Source of the DNA: Nostoc sp. PCC 7120 = FACHB-418
GTDB lineage: Bacteria; Cyanobacteriota; Cyanobacteriia; Cyanobacteriales; Nostocaceae
NCBI RefSeq assembly: GCF_000009705.1
Contig: NC_003272.1
Location: forward strand, 150,001-182,000
Direction of reading: 5' to 3'
Length of the DNA stretch: 32,000 bases
Shown here: positions 1 through 8,241 of the stretch, piece after piece
Numbering within the stretch: position 1 is the stretch's first letter
How the letters are laid out: each line of letters starts with the position of its first letter
Position numbers and translations under genes: made by a program
Notes under the pieces: generated by a model
Seen by the model: the letters and a program-made list of their open reading frames with translations, nothing else
The model's database searches: none
What the model was told of the DNA's origin: nothing

Positions 1-776
1 AATACAGGGATAGAGAAGCCTGCTGCCAAGCTCATGACGGTAGCAAAACCAAAGTTACCTAAATAAACTATTAAAGGTACATTAAGCTGCGATCGCTCAA
101 ATTTGATCGGATTATTTCTCCACAACACAGCAGCCACTGTCATGAATACTGCACCTGTACCCAACCAACCAGCAAAGTTCTGATAGGGCATTCCAAAGAA
201 GGGGCCTGGTTGTTGCCAATACCAGAAAGGTAAGGAAGTTTGGCTCATAGCAGGGTCAAGCACAAAATCCCATGAGGTGAGTAGTAATGAACCCAAGCTA
301 ATAGCACCGATATGGCGTAACAAGGTGGGTTTTTTATCTACCTCTAAACCAGCACGCCCCAACAGGTATGAGGAACATCCTACATAAAACCATGACAAGG
401 GAATTGTGAACGGTACTAGACCAGCAATTTTATAGCCCAAGCCACTTAAATAACTGTAGTGACCAAAAGGAAAGCCTGTGCTGGTTCCTAACAGTTCACT
501 GGTTAAGGATATTAGTACAGCAGGTAGCATAAAACCCAAAGTACGACCTAACCCTAATGTGCGTAGGGCATATAAAAATACGGCCGCTGCACCCAAAATC
601 ATGTAAACTACACCACCACCAGCCATACTCCACTGCATGGCTGTCTGTCCAAACTCAGATAGATGGAACAGTACCTCGGCATTGGGTACAACTAGTAGTA
701 TCCCTACTAGTCCAAAAAACATCGAGACGATATGACCAATAAGGCATATCCGCTCTGCAATAACAATTTGTTTCAT
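1..776 (-). CDS. Carotenoid biosynthesis membrane protein, CruF/DUF422-like (3' end cut by window edge)
   Basis: I translated the minus strand by hand from the ATG at 776, which has AAGGA 7 nt upstream. The frame stays open to position 1, so it is missing from the ORF track (no stop inside the window). Sequence: MKQIVIAERICLIGHIVSMFFGLVG...TGFPFGHYSYLSGLGYK...TSWDFVLDPAMS... It is multi-TM and carries the FPFGxYxY and WDxxxDP motifs I associate with the DUF422/CruF family. Confidence 0.45.
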   Translation of the reverse strand, partial: MKQIVIAERICLIGHIVSMFFGLVGILLVVPNAEVLFHLSEFGQTAMQWSMAGGGVVYMILGAAAVFLYALRTLGLGRTLGFMLPAVLISLTSELLGTSTGFPFGHYSYLSGLGYKIAGLVPFTIPLSWFYVGCSSYLLGRAGLEVDKKPTLLRHIGAISLGSLLLTSWDFVLDPAMSQTSLPFWYWQQPGPFFGMPYQNFAGWLGTGAVFMTVAAVLWRNNPIKFERSQLNVPLIVYLGNFGFATVMSLAAGFSIPV

Positions 777-1209
777 GGTCATTCCTTGAACACGATGTGA
801 TACTTACTTCGCTACTCGGCTGCTAATAGTTTACAAATGTTTACTAAAATATTTAACTAGTTTTTACCGTAATTCTCTGCAAAAGTTGTTTAAACTTTTG
901 TCAGAGACTGACAACCTATTGATTGCATATAGAAAAAATAGGATGATAAACTAATAGTCTAAGCGATCGCAGCCAAAATCCATCCAAGCAAATTAGGTTT
1001 TTTGCTGGTTTCTAAGTACAGTGTGCTTCTTGTCGTATTTTTAAACCAGACAACCATAACAAAAATTGCCTTGACAGGAAACAGATTCTTGAATATTGGA
1101 TGAACCTCACCTAAGTAAGTATTACAAATGTATAGTAATCCGATTTGATTATTAAACAAACTTAAGTATTACAAATATAGATTGCTCTGCTAAATAGCTA
1201 TACCCACCC

Positions 1210-1659
1210 ATGTCAATTTTGAATAAACTCCCTTGGACAGCCATAATGCTACTACTGTTGAGCTACAGCACTTTGGGTTGGGTCTTGTCCGAGATGAAAG
1301 CCCCTTGGGCTGTCTGGGTTATTCTTCTGCTGGCGATATTTTTCTTGGTAGGAAGCATCACTGCCCCTTATCCGAAGATAGCTAATTACTCTAGTGTTTT
1401 ACTTGCTTCCAGTATTAGGAGTTTTTTCGTTGCTGTAGCCGGAGCATTCTTATTTTTTATAATGATAGCTTGGTTTCGAGTGTTTCTTGATACATTACTT
1501 GTCATTTCTGCCGCTCTCTTAGCAAGAATCGACTTCCAATCAGATGGGTTTACAGAATGGCAAGCTTTTATAGCTACATTGATTGTTTCAATTGCTGGGG
1601 TAGGATTAGGAGCATTTACAAATATGCTGTTAACCCAAAAGATAATGTTAGGTTTGTAG
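1210..1659 (+). CDS. Hypothetical integral membrane protein (about 4 TM helices)
   Basis: 149-aa ORF with an ATG start. It is strongly hydrophobic with four helix-length apolar segments. The antisense ORF 1386..1676 looks spurious. I recognise no family motif. Confidence 0.5.
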   Translation: MSILNKLPWTAIMLLLLSYSTLGWVLSEMKAPWAVWVILLLAIFFLVGSITAPYPKIANYSSVLLASSIRSFFVAVAGAFLFFIMIAWFRVFLDTLLVISAALLARIDFQSDGFTEWQAFIATLIVSIAGVGLGAFTNMLLTQKIMLGL

Positions 1660-1705
1660 TAGGCGCTCCATACCAAATTTAAGAACTAAAGTATTGACTA
1701 CAAAC

Positions 1706-1729
1706 AAGGTGAGCATGATCGCTCACCTT
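1706..1729. terminator. Bidirectional stem-loop between convergent genes (1210..1659 and rpmA)
   Basis: AAGGTGAGC (1706-1714) and GCTCACCTT (1721-1729) form a perfect 9-bp stem with a 6-nt loop. The hairpin lies between two convergent stop codons. The T-tracts on both sides are weak. Confidence 0.45.
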
Positions 1730-1735
1730 GATCGT

Positions 1736-2014
1736 TTAGCTAGCTACTGCTTCTGCTGCGGCGGCTGGGTAAACGCTAACTTTCTTGCGGGATTTGCCTT
1801 TGCGTTCAAAGGTAACTACACCATCAACCAAGGCAAACAAAGTATCATCTTTACCGATGCCAACATTGTTACCAGCGTGAAACTTGGTTCCACGTTGACG
1901 CACGAGAATGTTACCTGCAATAACGGCTTGTCCGCCAAAGCGCTTTACACCCAGACGCTGGGCGTTAGAATCACGACCGTTGCGTGTACTACCTGTTCCT
2001 TTCTTGTGAGCCAT
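1736..2014 (-). CDS. rpmA: 50S ribosomal protein L27
   Basis: [29 protein letters not shown]... is the canonical L27 N-terminus. The ORF is 92 aa and lies directly downstream of rplU. Confidence 0.97.
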
Positions 2015-2041
2015 AATTTCCTTTTTATTGCTTCTTTACTA

Positions 2042-2434
2042 TTATTCAGCAGCAGTTTCTGTATCTGGGGTAGCGTCGGCAGTTTCCTCAGTTGCAGTAG
2101 GTGCTGTTAAAACTGTGCCGTTAAGAGTGATGGAATCTATTAAAAGTCTGGTGATTTCCTGGCGATGACCCCGTTTTTTGCGGGTCTTCTTTTTCGGCTT
2201 CATTTTATAAACCAGGACTTTGCGACCTCTAAGATGCCGCAACACCGTTCCTTGTACTGTTGCCCCAGCTACTAACGGTTGTCCAATGGTGACTTCACCG
2301 TCATTCTGCACTAGTAATACAGAGTCTATTGTAACTTTTTCATCTGGTTCAACAGAGAGGAGTTCAATATCGTAAAAACGACCTGGCTCAACTCGCACTT
2401 GCTTGCCACCAGTCTCAATAATCGCGTAAGCCAT
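2042..2434 (-). CDS. rplU: 50S ribosomal protein L21
   Basis: [22 protein letters not shown]... is the canonical L21 N-terminus. AAGGA lies 8 nt upstream of the ATG. There is an acidic/Thr-rich C-terminal extension. The rplU-rpmA gene pair is conserved. Confidence 0.95.
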   Translation of the reverse strand: MAYAIIETGGKQVRVEPGRFYDIELLSVEPDEKVTIDSVLLVQNDGEVTIGQPLVAGATVQGTVLRHLRGRKVLVYKMKPKKKTRKKRGHRQEITRLLIDSITLNGTVLTAPTATEETADATPDTETAAE

Positions 2435-2536
2435 GAAATTGTCCTTGAGGTTGCCGTACAGGTAGCTGGTTTTGATTTACCAGCTTTTGTAGTATGTCTA
2501 CCTGATCCGAGCAGGTAATTAGACAGACAATCTAAA

Positions 2537-2566
2537 ATTGTATGCTATTAGCCAATATTAGGTCAA
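2537..2566 (-). promoter_or_regulatory. Candidate sigma70-type promoter of rplU-rpmA
   Basis: On the minus strand this reads TTGACC (2566-2561), an 18-nt spacer, then TACAAT (2542-2537). That places a TSS near 2530 and implies a leader of about 95 nt. Confidence 0.4.
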
Positions 2567-2701
2567 TCTTTTATCTATAGTTTTTGAGGGTATAGCTGGA
2601 AAATTTTCAAATAAAGAACTTATCAATTAATTTCGGCGAAATTTGCGAAATCTCAAAAGTGTTTGATGTAGTAAACAATGACACAGAACAGCACCAACAA
2701 G

Positions 2702-2743
2702 TCTGAGCAAAGGATCTCCTGGCTCAGATTTTCCCTTTTTTAT
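2702..2743 (+). terminator. Orphan plus-strand terminator-like hairpin with T-tract
   Basis: TCTGAGC (2702-2708) pairs with GCTCAGA (2722-2728), followed by TTTTCCCTTTTTTAT. No plus-strand gene ends nearby. Confidence 0.3.
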
Positions 2744-2868
2744 CAGGGAGTGGGAAGTTATGTAAATGCTTGATGCAAGTGATTTTCTTAATCACGAATT
2801 GGCGTAAGCCCATAGTACAGCCCATAACAGTAACATTAAAGTAAGACACTCAATTAGGAGAAGATGAG

Positions 2869-3114
2869 ATGACTTCCCAAGTTGTAGATACTACTTCAGA
2901 TTTAATTGCCAAGCTAGAAACCCTACCACCAGAAAAGTTACAGCAGGTACTAGATTTTGTCGAATTTTTAGCACAGAAATACACTCAAACCCCAGAATCT
3001 GAACAAACGCCTCAAAAACGGGTATTAGGTTTAAATCAAGGAGAAATATGGATGAGTGATGATTTTAATGAGCCTTTACCGGATGAATTTTGGTTGGGTG
3101 AAGGAGAAATATGA
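2869..3114 (+). CDS. Type II antitoxin, DUF2281/VapB-like
   Basis: 81 aa. LPPEKLQQVLDFVEFLAQKY and the C-terminal GEIWMSDDFNEPLPDEFW are typical of DUF2281 antitoxins. GGAG lies upstream. The stop overlaps the PIN gene start by 4 nt (ATGA). Confidence 0.8.
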   Translation: MTSQVVDTTSDLIAKLETLPPEKLQQVLDFVEFLAQKYTQTPESEQTPQKRVLGLNQGEIWMSDDFNEPLPDEFWLGEGEI

Positions 3115-3497
3115 AGTTACTCTTGGATACCCATGTACTTATTTGGTCAACAGGAAATCCAGAAAAACTATCTGAAAGAGTTAAAAACTTACTGCTAGAT
3201 AATAACAACTCTTGGATAGTTAGTGTTGCTAGCGTTTGGGAGTTACAAATTAAATATCAAATTGGCAAGTTAAATTTAAGCTCATCGCTGCCAAATTTGA
3301 TAGAAACTCAACAGCGAGTGAATAATCTACAAATTTTACCTATTGAATTATCTCATATCTATGCTTTGGACAGTTTACCAAACCATCACCGCGACCCTTT
3401 TGATAGAATTGTCATCGCTCAAGCAATATCTGAAAAAATTCCTTTGTTAAGTACAGATACAGTTTTTGATGCCTATCCAGTGGAAAAGATATGGTAG
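3111..3497 (+). CDS. vapC: PIN-domain ribonuclease toxin, VapC family
   Basis: 128 aa. The acidic PIN residues sit in the expected contexts: LLLDTHVLIW, SVWELQIK, DPFDRIVIAQA. It is translationally coupled to the upstream antitoxin. Confidence 0.85.
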   Translation: MKLLLDTHVLIWSTGNPEKLSERVKNLLLDNNNSWIVSVASVWELQIKYQIGKLNLSSSLPNLIETQQRVNNLQILPIELSHIYALDSLPNHHRDPFDRIVIAQAISEKIPLLSTDTVFDAYPVEKIW

Positions 3498-3550
3498 GAA
3501 AACTGGCTCAAATAATTGGGTATAAAGAGCCTATATTTTAATTTATAGAT

Positions 3551-4639
3551 ATGAAAAGAGTAGACGTTGAGAAAAGAACTATTTTAATTGGTTTGGCTGG
3601 TAGCCACGGGTATGGATTAAATCGCCCTGATTCTGATTTGGATTTTCGGGGGGTGTTTATTGCACCTAAAAGGTATTATTTGGGATTTGACCACATAGAA
3701 CAAAAGGATGCAGGTTGGGATGAGCCGGGAATATTTCCTTTGCTGGATGGGAATAAAGACACGGTTATATATGAATTAAGGAAAATACTCCAATTGTTAT
3801 CGGGAGCTAATCCCAATGTTTTGGAGTTGTTATGGTTAAATGAATATCCTGTGTTAACGGATGTCGGACAATATTTAATCAATCATCGGAAATTATTTTT
3901 AAGTAAAAAGGTTAAACATACTTACTCTGGGTATGCTTTTGCTCAAATTAAAAAGATGGAGACCCATCGTAAGTGGTTGTTAAATCCACCAGAGAAGAAA
4001 CCACTACCATCTGATTTTGGCATAGAAGATGAAGCACCCTTAATTAAGGATGATTTGAATGCTTTTTTGGAGTATCTTTATACTTTGATTAGGGGTAGGA
4101 TTGAATTTCTAGAAGAAGCAGAACAATTATATAAGTTGTTAACTGCTGATATTGATTTTAAAGGAGTGCTAAAACAATATACTTTACCTGATGAAACTTT
4201 AGAATATACGCAAAATTTAACTAATAGCCGTAAAGATTTTATTCGGTTGTTACAAAAAAGCCAAAATTACCAAATAGCTTTGAGGGAATGGAAAGCTTAT
4301 TTAAGTTGGCAAGAAAATCGTAACCCGGCTAGGGCAGAGATGGAAAGGAAGTCTGGTTTTGATCTCAAGCATGGGATGCACTGCATTCGCTTGTTACGCA
4401 GTGGGTTGGAAATATTAAAGACTGGAGAAATAACTGTAGATAGGAGAGTTGCGGGTGATGTTGAGGATTTAAAAGCTATCCTCCAGGGTGAGTATTCTTA
4501 TCAGCAGGTGATGGAGATGGCTGATGATTTGGTTGCTCAGATGGATGCTGCTTATGAACATTCAACTATACCCCATAGGCCGGATTTAGAAGCAATTAAT
4601 AATTTGTGTATGGAGTTAGTGGAAATGCAGGGTTGGTAA
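3551..4639 (+). CDS. Pol-beta superfamily nucleotidyltransferase, PF10127 (RlaP/YcgL-like)
   Basis: 362 aa. The N-terminal LAGSHGYGLNRPDSDLDFRGVFIAP matches the G-S...D-x-D minimal nucleotidyltransferase motif in the form typical of the predicted RNA-repair NTase family. This assignment is by eye only. Confidence 0.6.
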   Translation: MKRVDVEKRTILIGLAGSHGYGLNRPDSDLDFRGVFIAPKRYYLGFDHIEQKDAGWDEPGIFPLLDGNKDTVIYELRKILQLLSGANPNVLELLWLNEYPVLTDVGQYLINHRKLFLSKKVKHTYSGYAFAQIKKMETHRKWLLNPPEKKPLPSDFGIEDEAPLIKDDLNAFLEYLYTLIRGRIEFLEEAEQLYKLLTADIDFKGVLKQYTLPDETLEYTQNLTNSRKDFIRLLQKSQNYQIALREWKAYLSWQENRNPARAEMERKSGFDLKHGMHCIRLLRSGLEILKTGEITVDRRVAGDVEDLKAILQGEYSYQQVMEMADDLVAQMDAAYEHSTIPHRPDLEAINNLCMELVEMQGW

Positions 4640-4688
4640 TTGGGAATTGGTGATTGGGAATTGGAAATTGATGATTGGGAGTTGGTTA
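4633..4688. repeat. STRR-like tandem heptamers (TTGGnnA) x8
   Basis: The units are TTGGTAA TTGGGAA TTGGTGA TTGGGAA TTGGAAA TTGATGA TTGGGAG TTGGTTA. The first unit contains the stop codon of the 3551..4639 CDS. Confidence 0.9.
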
Positions 4689-4706
4689 TATACTGATGAT
4701 TTTTTA

Positions 4707-4741
4707 CTATTACCTATTACCTATTACCTATTACCTATTAC
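4707..4741. repeat. Perfect tandem heptamer (CTATTAC) x5
   Basis: There are five exact copies. The array ends 2 nt before the stop codon of the minus-strand ORF at 4744. Confidence 0.95.
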
Positions 4742-4743
4742 CG

Positions 4744-5040
4744 TTAAAGAGTTTTGAGTAAGTCAGCAAAACCATAGAGGCTGATGAAGAGTAGGAGTAG
4801 GGCTGTGAGTTGGGTGACTTTGTTTTCGGGTGAGGGGGCGATCGCTTCTCGTACTAAGATAGAAATGGATGCACCAACTACGAAGCTTAAGCCCAATACT
4901 AAATAAGGTTTGTCTGGTAGAATCACAGCAATGGCTAACATGGCGATCGCTAGCATCAGCATGACTAACTCTACAAATCGGGGTGGGTTGTATTGGCTAG
5001 CTAAAATAAAGCTGTTTAACCAAAAATTCCAATGTCTCAT
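4744..5040 (-). CDS. Hypothetical small membrane protein
   Basis: The ORF contains three hydrophobic helices. The ORF track opens at a TTG (5064), but I prefer the ATG at 5040 (MRHWNFWLNSF...). I recognise no family. Confidence 0.4.
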   Translation of the reverse strand: MRHWNFWLNSFILASQYNPPRFVELVMLMLAIAMLAIAVILPDKPYLVLGLSFVVGASISILVREAIAPSPENKVTQLTALLLLFISLYGFADLLKTL

Positions 5041-5092
5041 CAGTGCTGATTTGCCAAGTACCAAGTGAATGCTGAGTACTGAATTTCAATTT

Positions 5093-5129
5093 ATCAGTGA
5101 ACAGTTGTTAATTATTACTGTTCACTGAT
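5093..5129. repeat. Perfect 12-bp inverted repeat (stem-loop) just downstream of chlI
   Basis: ATCAGTGAACAG (5093-5104), a 13-nt loop, then CTGTTCACTGAT (5118-5129). There is no T-tract on either strand. Confidence 0.8.
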
Positions 5130-5134
5130 AGTGA

Positions 5135-6259
5135 TTACCGGACACCTGTCTTAATTTGACCTGCACCGTTTTTTTGTGAGGAGTCATCTTCTAGTAGTTC
5201 TACCCCAAAGATACGGGCAAACACTTTCTCTACTTTGTAGCCAGAATCAATTGACTCTAGGGGGTCTTTCCGCAGGCGGTGACGCAGACATAATGTAATT
5301 ACACGGCGGATATCGTCAACTGTAACTTCTGTGCGTCCCTCATAAGCTGTGAGGGCTTTGGCGGCGCGGTTGGTGACGATGTCACCGCGTAAACCGTCTA
5401 CATCTAGTTCTGAACAAACTTCTGAGATTTTTACCCGCAGGTCATAATCTAGTTTTACTTCTGGCAAGAGCTTTTGGGCTTCGACAATTTTCTTTTGTAG
5501 TGCTGTTTGTTCAGGGTTGTACTTTTCTAGGAATGTTGGTGGGTTTTGGTCAAATTCCGACCTTTGTTCCACAATTTGCACCCGCAAAGCTGGTTCTTTA
5601 ACGGTGTGGATTTCGGCGTGCATTCCGAAGCGGTCAAGCAATTGGGGTCGGAGTTCGCCTTCTTCTGGGTTTCCTGAACCGACGAGTACAAAACGGGCTG
5701 GGTGGCGGATGGAAATACCTTCACGTTCTACAGTGTTCCAGCCACTTGCGGCTGAGTCGAGGAGTACGTCTACTAGGTGGTCATCTAGGAGGTTGACTTC
5801 ATCGACGTAGAGAATACCTCTGTTGGCTTTAGCTAAAAGTCCAGGTTCAAAGGCTTTGACACCTTCAGATAAAGCTTTTTCGATGTCGATAGTGCCGCAC
5901 ACTCGGTCTTCTGTAGCACCTAAAGGCAGGTCTACCATTTGGACTTTTTTAAATTCTATGGGAATTTCTGCCCCTGTGCCTGATTTTTGCCGGACTTCAT
6001 CGCTCATCAAGTCGGGGTCGCTGGGGTCACTGTTGAAGGGGTCATTGGCAACTACAGGGATTTCTGGCAATAGATCAGCCAGGGCCCGGATAGTTGTGGA
6101 TTTACCTGTGCCGCGATCGCCCATAATCATTACACCACCGATTTTGGGATCAATCACGTTCAACAGCAGCGCCAGTTTCATCTCTTCCTGGCCCACAATT
6201 GCCGTAAATGGGAATACCACGCGACGCGCACTTGCCGTGGTTTGAGCTGTTGGAGTCAC
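5135..6259 (-). CDS. chlI: Magnesium chelatase ATPase subunit I
   Basis: [40 protein letters not shown] (Walker A) together with full-length resemblance to ChlI/BchI. 374 aa. Confidence 0.95.
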   Translation of the reverse strand: MTPTAQTTASARRVVFPFTAIVGQEEMKLALLLNVIDPKIGGVMIMGDRGTGKSTTIRALADLLPEIPVVANDPFNSDPSDPDLMSDEVRQKSGTGAEIPIEFKKVQMVDLPLGATEDRVCGTIDIEKALSEGVKAFEPGLLAKANRGILYVDEVNLLDDHLVDVLLDSAASGWNTVEREGISIRHPARFVLVGSGNPEEGELRPQLLDRFGMHAEIHTVKEPALRVQIVEQRSEFDQNPPTFLEKYNPEQTALQKKIVEAQKLLPEVKLDYDLRVKISEVCSELDVDGLRGDIVTNRAAKALTAYEGRTEVTVDDIRRVITLCLRHRLRKDPLESIDSGYKVEKVFARIFGVELLEDDSSQKNGAGQIKTGVR

Positions 6260-6574
6260 TAAATTACCTTAACAATACTTTTCTTATTACAGTTCTTTAT
6301 TGTGCCACAGTTGGGGGTTCGGGGAAGATTAAATCAATTCTCAATATCGCAAACGGTAGGCTAAGGCCAACGCAATTCGCCATCTTGCTCTTTTGGGATG
6401 GGTTTCTAGCCCGTCCGGTGCTGTCTGTCCTACACCACAAGTGAATTTTAATGCAACATTTTAGTCTAGACACGCCACTACAAGATCAGGCGATCGCACT
6501 AGCATCGGGTGAAGCGGGTCGTTGGGCGCTTCGTACAATAATAAGTAAATAAGTCATCTTTTAAGCTTTCAATA

Positions 6575-8188
6575 ATGACACTCCCATCACCAAATAAAGT
6601 CGATGAATTATTTTCCGAATGGGATAAACCAGGCTCTCCTGGTTTTGCTTTAGCCATCACCAAAGATGGTGAGACTGTCTATAAGCGCGGCTATGGTATC
6701 GCTGACTTAGAACACAACATAAAGATTTTTCCAAATTCGGTCTTTGATATTGCCTCAACGTCCAAGCAGTTTACAGCGATGTGCATTGCTTTACTTGCAA
6801 GAAAGGGGAAACTTTCTTTAGATGACGAGATCCAAATCTACATTTCAGAGATACCAAGATATGAGTATCCCATTACTGTGCGGCATCTGATTCACCACAC
6901 AAGCGGCATTCGTGATTACTTAACCCTGATGGGATTGGCAGGAATGCGATGTGAGAATGAGTATCCTGATAACGAAATCATTGGTTTAATAGCTCGTCAA
7001 AAAGAATTGAACTTCAAGCCAGGAGAGGAGCATTTGTACAGCAACTCAGGATATTTTCTTTTGGCAGAAATTGTCAAACGTGTCTCCGGAGAATCTCTTG
7101 CGGTTTTTGCTGATAAGCATATTTTCAGTCCCCTTGGGATGAAGACAACTCACTTTCACGATGATTTCACAAGGATTGTCAGCAATAGAGCGATTGGCTA
7201 CTCTCTGAAGGACGAAGGTAGCTTTCGGATTGATATGTCTATTCTTGATGTAGTGGGTGACGGTGGTATCTACACTACGGTTGAGGATCTATGTATCTGG
7301 GATAAGAATTTTTACCAAAACAAATTAGGAGGATATGGGCAAGACCTGATCGAAGAAATCATTACACCTGGAATATTGAATAGCGGCGAAGTGATAGATT
7401 ATGCCTTTGGTTTAGTCAGAGGGCATTACCGAGGATTAGAAACCATCAGTCACAGTGGCGGATGGATGGGTTACAGATCACAGATGCTTCGATTCCCCAA
7501 ACAGAGATTCTCTGTAATTTGCTTGTCAAATTTGGGCAGCGCTGAACCACCAGAGCTTGCCAGAAAAGTCGCAGATATCTACTTAGTTGATGACTTTACG
7601 GAGCAAAGCATAGAATCTGTAAGCCACCAAACCCAAATAATAGAAATTCCATCGGTTAATTTAGAGAGCAAGACTGGCTTTTATCAAAACCTAAAAACAG
7701 GAACCGTTTGGGAGTTATTGGTAAAGGATAGAAAATTAATCGTGGAATTTGCCGGAATGAGCTTTACACTTGCTCCTGTGAGTTCAAGTCATTTTGTCAT
7801 AATGGATATTCCTTCTAATCCCGATGTTGAATTTGAAGAGTCAGGTTTAGATGAACCCTCTCATCTTTACGTTTGTGTGGATGGCAAACCACGGGACGTT
7901 TTCCAACGGCTGGACTTTGCTCCTCCTGATTCTGAACAGTTGATGGATTTTACAGGAGAGTATTATTGCCAAGAGTTAGATATCACCTACAGAATCAGTA
8001 TAGAAGGTGGAGAGTTGCTGCTAAATCGAAGAAATTCTCTTCGAGAAACCCTCAAGCCAATTCATAAAGATTTACTGGAAGGTACGGACATCACTTTGCA
8101 GTTTGTCCGTGATGACTTTCATCAAGTTGCTGGATTCAATATGAGCGCAGGATATGGAAGTGTCAGAAACATTCAATTTTTGAAATAA
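6575..8188 (+). CDS. Serine hydrolase, class C beta-lactamase/D-aminopeptidase-like, with an extra C-terminal domain of about 180 aa
   Basis: Three motifs are present in the correct order: SxxK (STSKQF), YxN (YSNSGY) and HxG (SHSGGW). I see no N-terminal signal peptide, so it is probably cytoplasmic. Confidence 0.8.
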   Translation: MTLPSPNKVDELFSEWDKPGSPGFALAITKDGETVYKRGYGIADLEHNIKIFPNSVFDIASTSKQFTAMCIALLARKGKLSLDDEIQIYISEIPRYEYPITVRHLIHHTSGIRDYLTLMGLAGMRCENEYPDNEIIGLIARQKELNFKPGEEHLYSNSGYFLLAEIVKRVSGESLAVFADKHIFSPLGMKTTHFHDDFTRIVSNRAIGYSLKDEGSFRIDMSILDVVGDGGIYTTVEDLCIWDKNFYQNKLGGYGQDLIEEIITPGILNSGEVIDYAFGLVRGHYRGLETISHSGGWMGYRSQMLRFPKQRFSVICLSNLGSAEPPELARKVADIYLVDDFTEQSIESVSHQTQIIEIPSVNLESKTGFYQNLKTGTVWELLVKDRKLIVEFAGMSFTLAPVSSSHFVIMDIPSNPDVEFEESGLDEPSHLYVCVDGKPRDVFQRLDFAPPDSEQLMDFTGEYYCQELDITYRISIEGGELLLNRRNSLRETLKPIHKDLLEGTDITLQFVRDDFHQVAGFNMSAGYGSVRNIQFLK

Positions 8189-8241
8189 AAAGATGCGCCC
8201 AACGATCTCGTTGCACACCGACCGTATAGAGTCTTTTCATT

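Noticed and set aside
1694-2110. 138-aa plus-strand ORF antisense to rpmA/rplU
   Set aside because: It overlaps two unambiguous ribosomal protein genes, and its Cys/Phe-rich translation has no recognisable features.
4633-4741. Heptamer arrays here and at 19561-19694 as a CRISPR array
   Set aside because: The units are 7 nt with no unique spacers and no cas genes. They are STRR-type microsatellites, not CRISPR.
5517-6245. ORFs at 5517..5810 (+), 5527..5724 (-, other frame) and 5823..6245 (+), all inside the chlI region
   Set aside because: All three lie within the strongly conserved chlI CDS. Their translations are low-complexity (Ser/Arg/Pro-rich) with no motifs, as is typical of shadow ORFs.
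6208-6444. 78-aa plus-strand ORF upstream of chlI
   Set aside because: It begins inside the chlI 5' end on the opposite strand. It has no SD and an implausible composition. The region is more likely the chlI promoter and leader.
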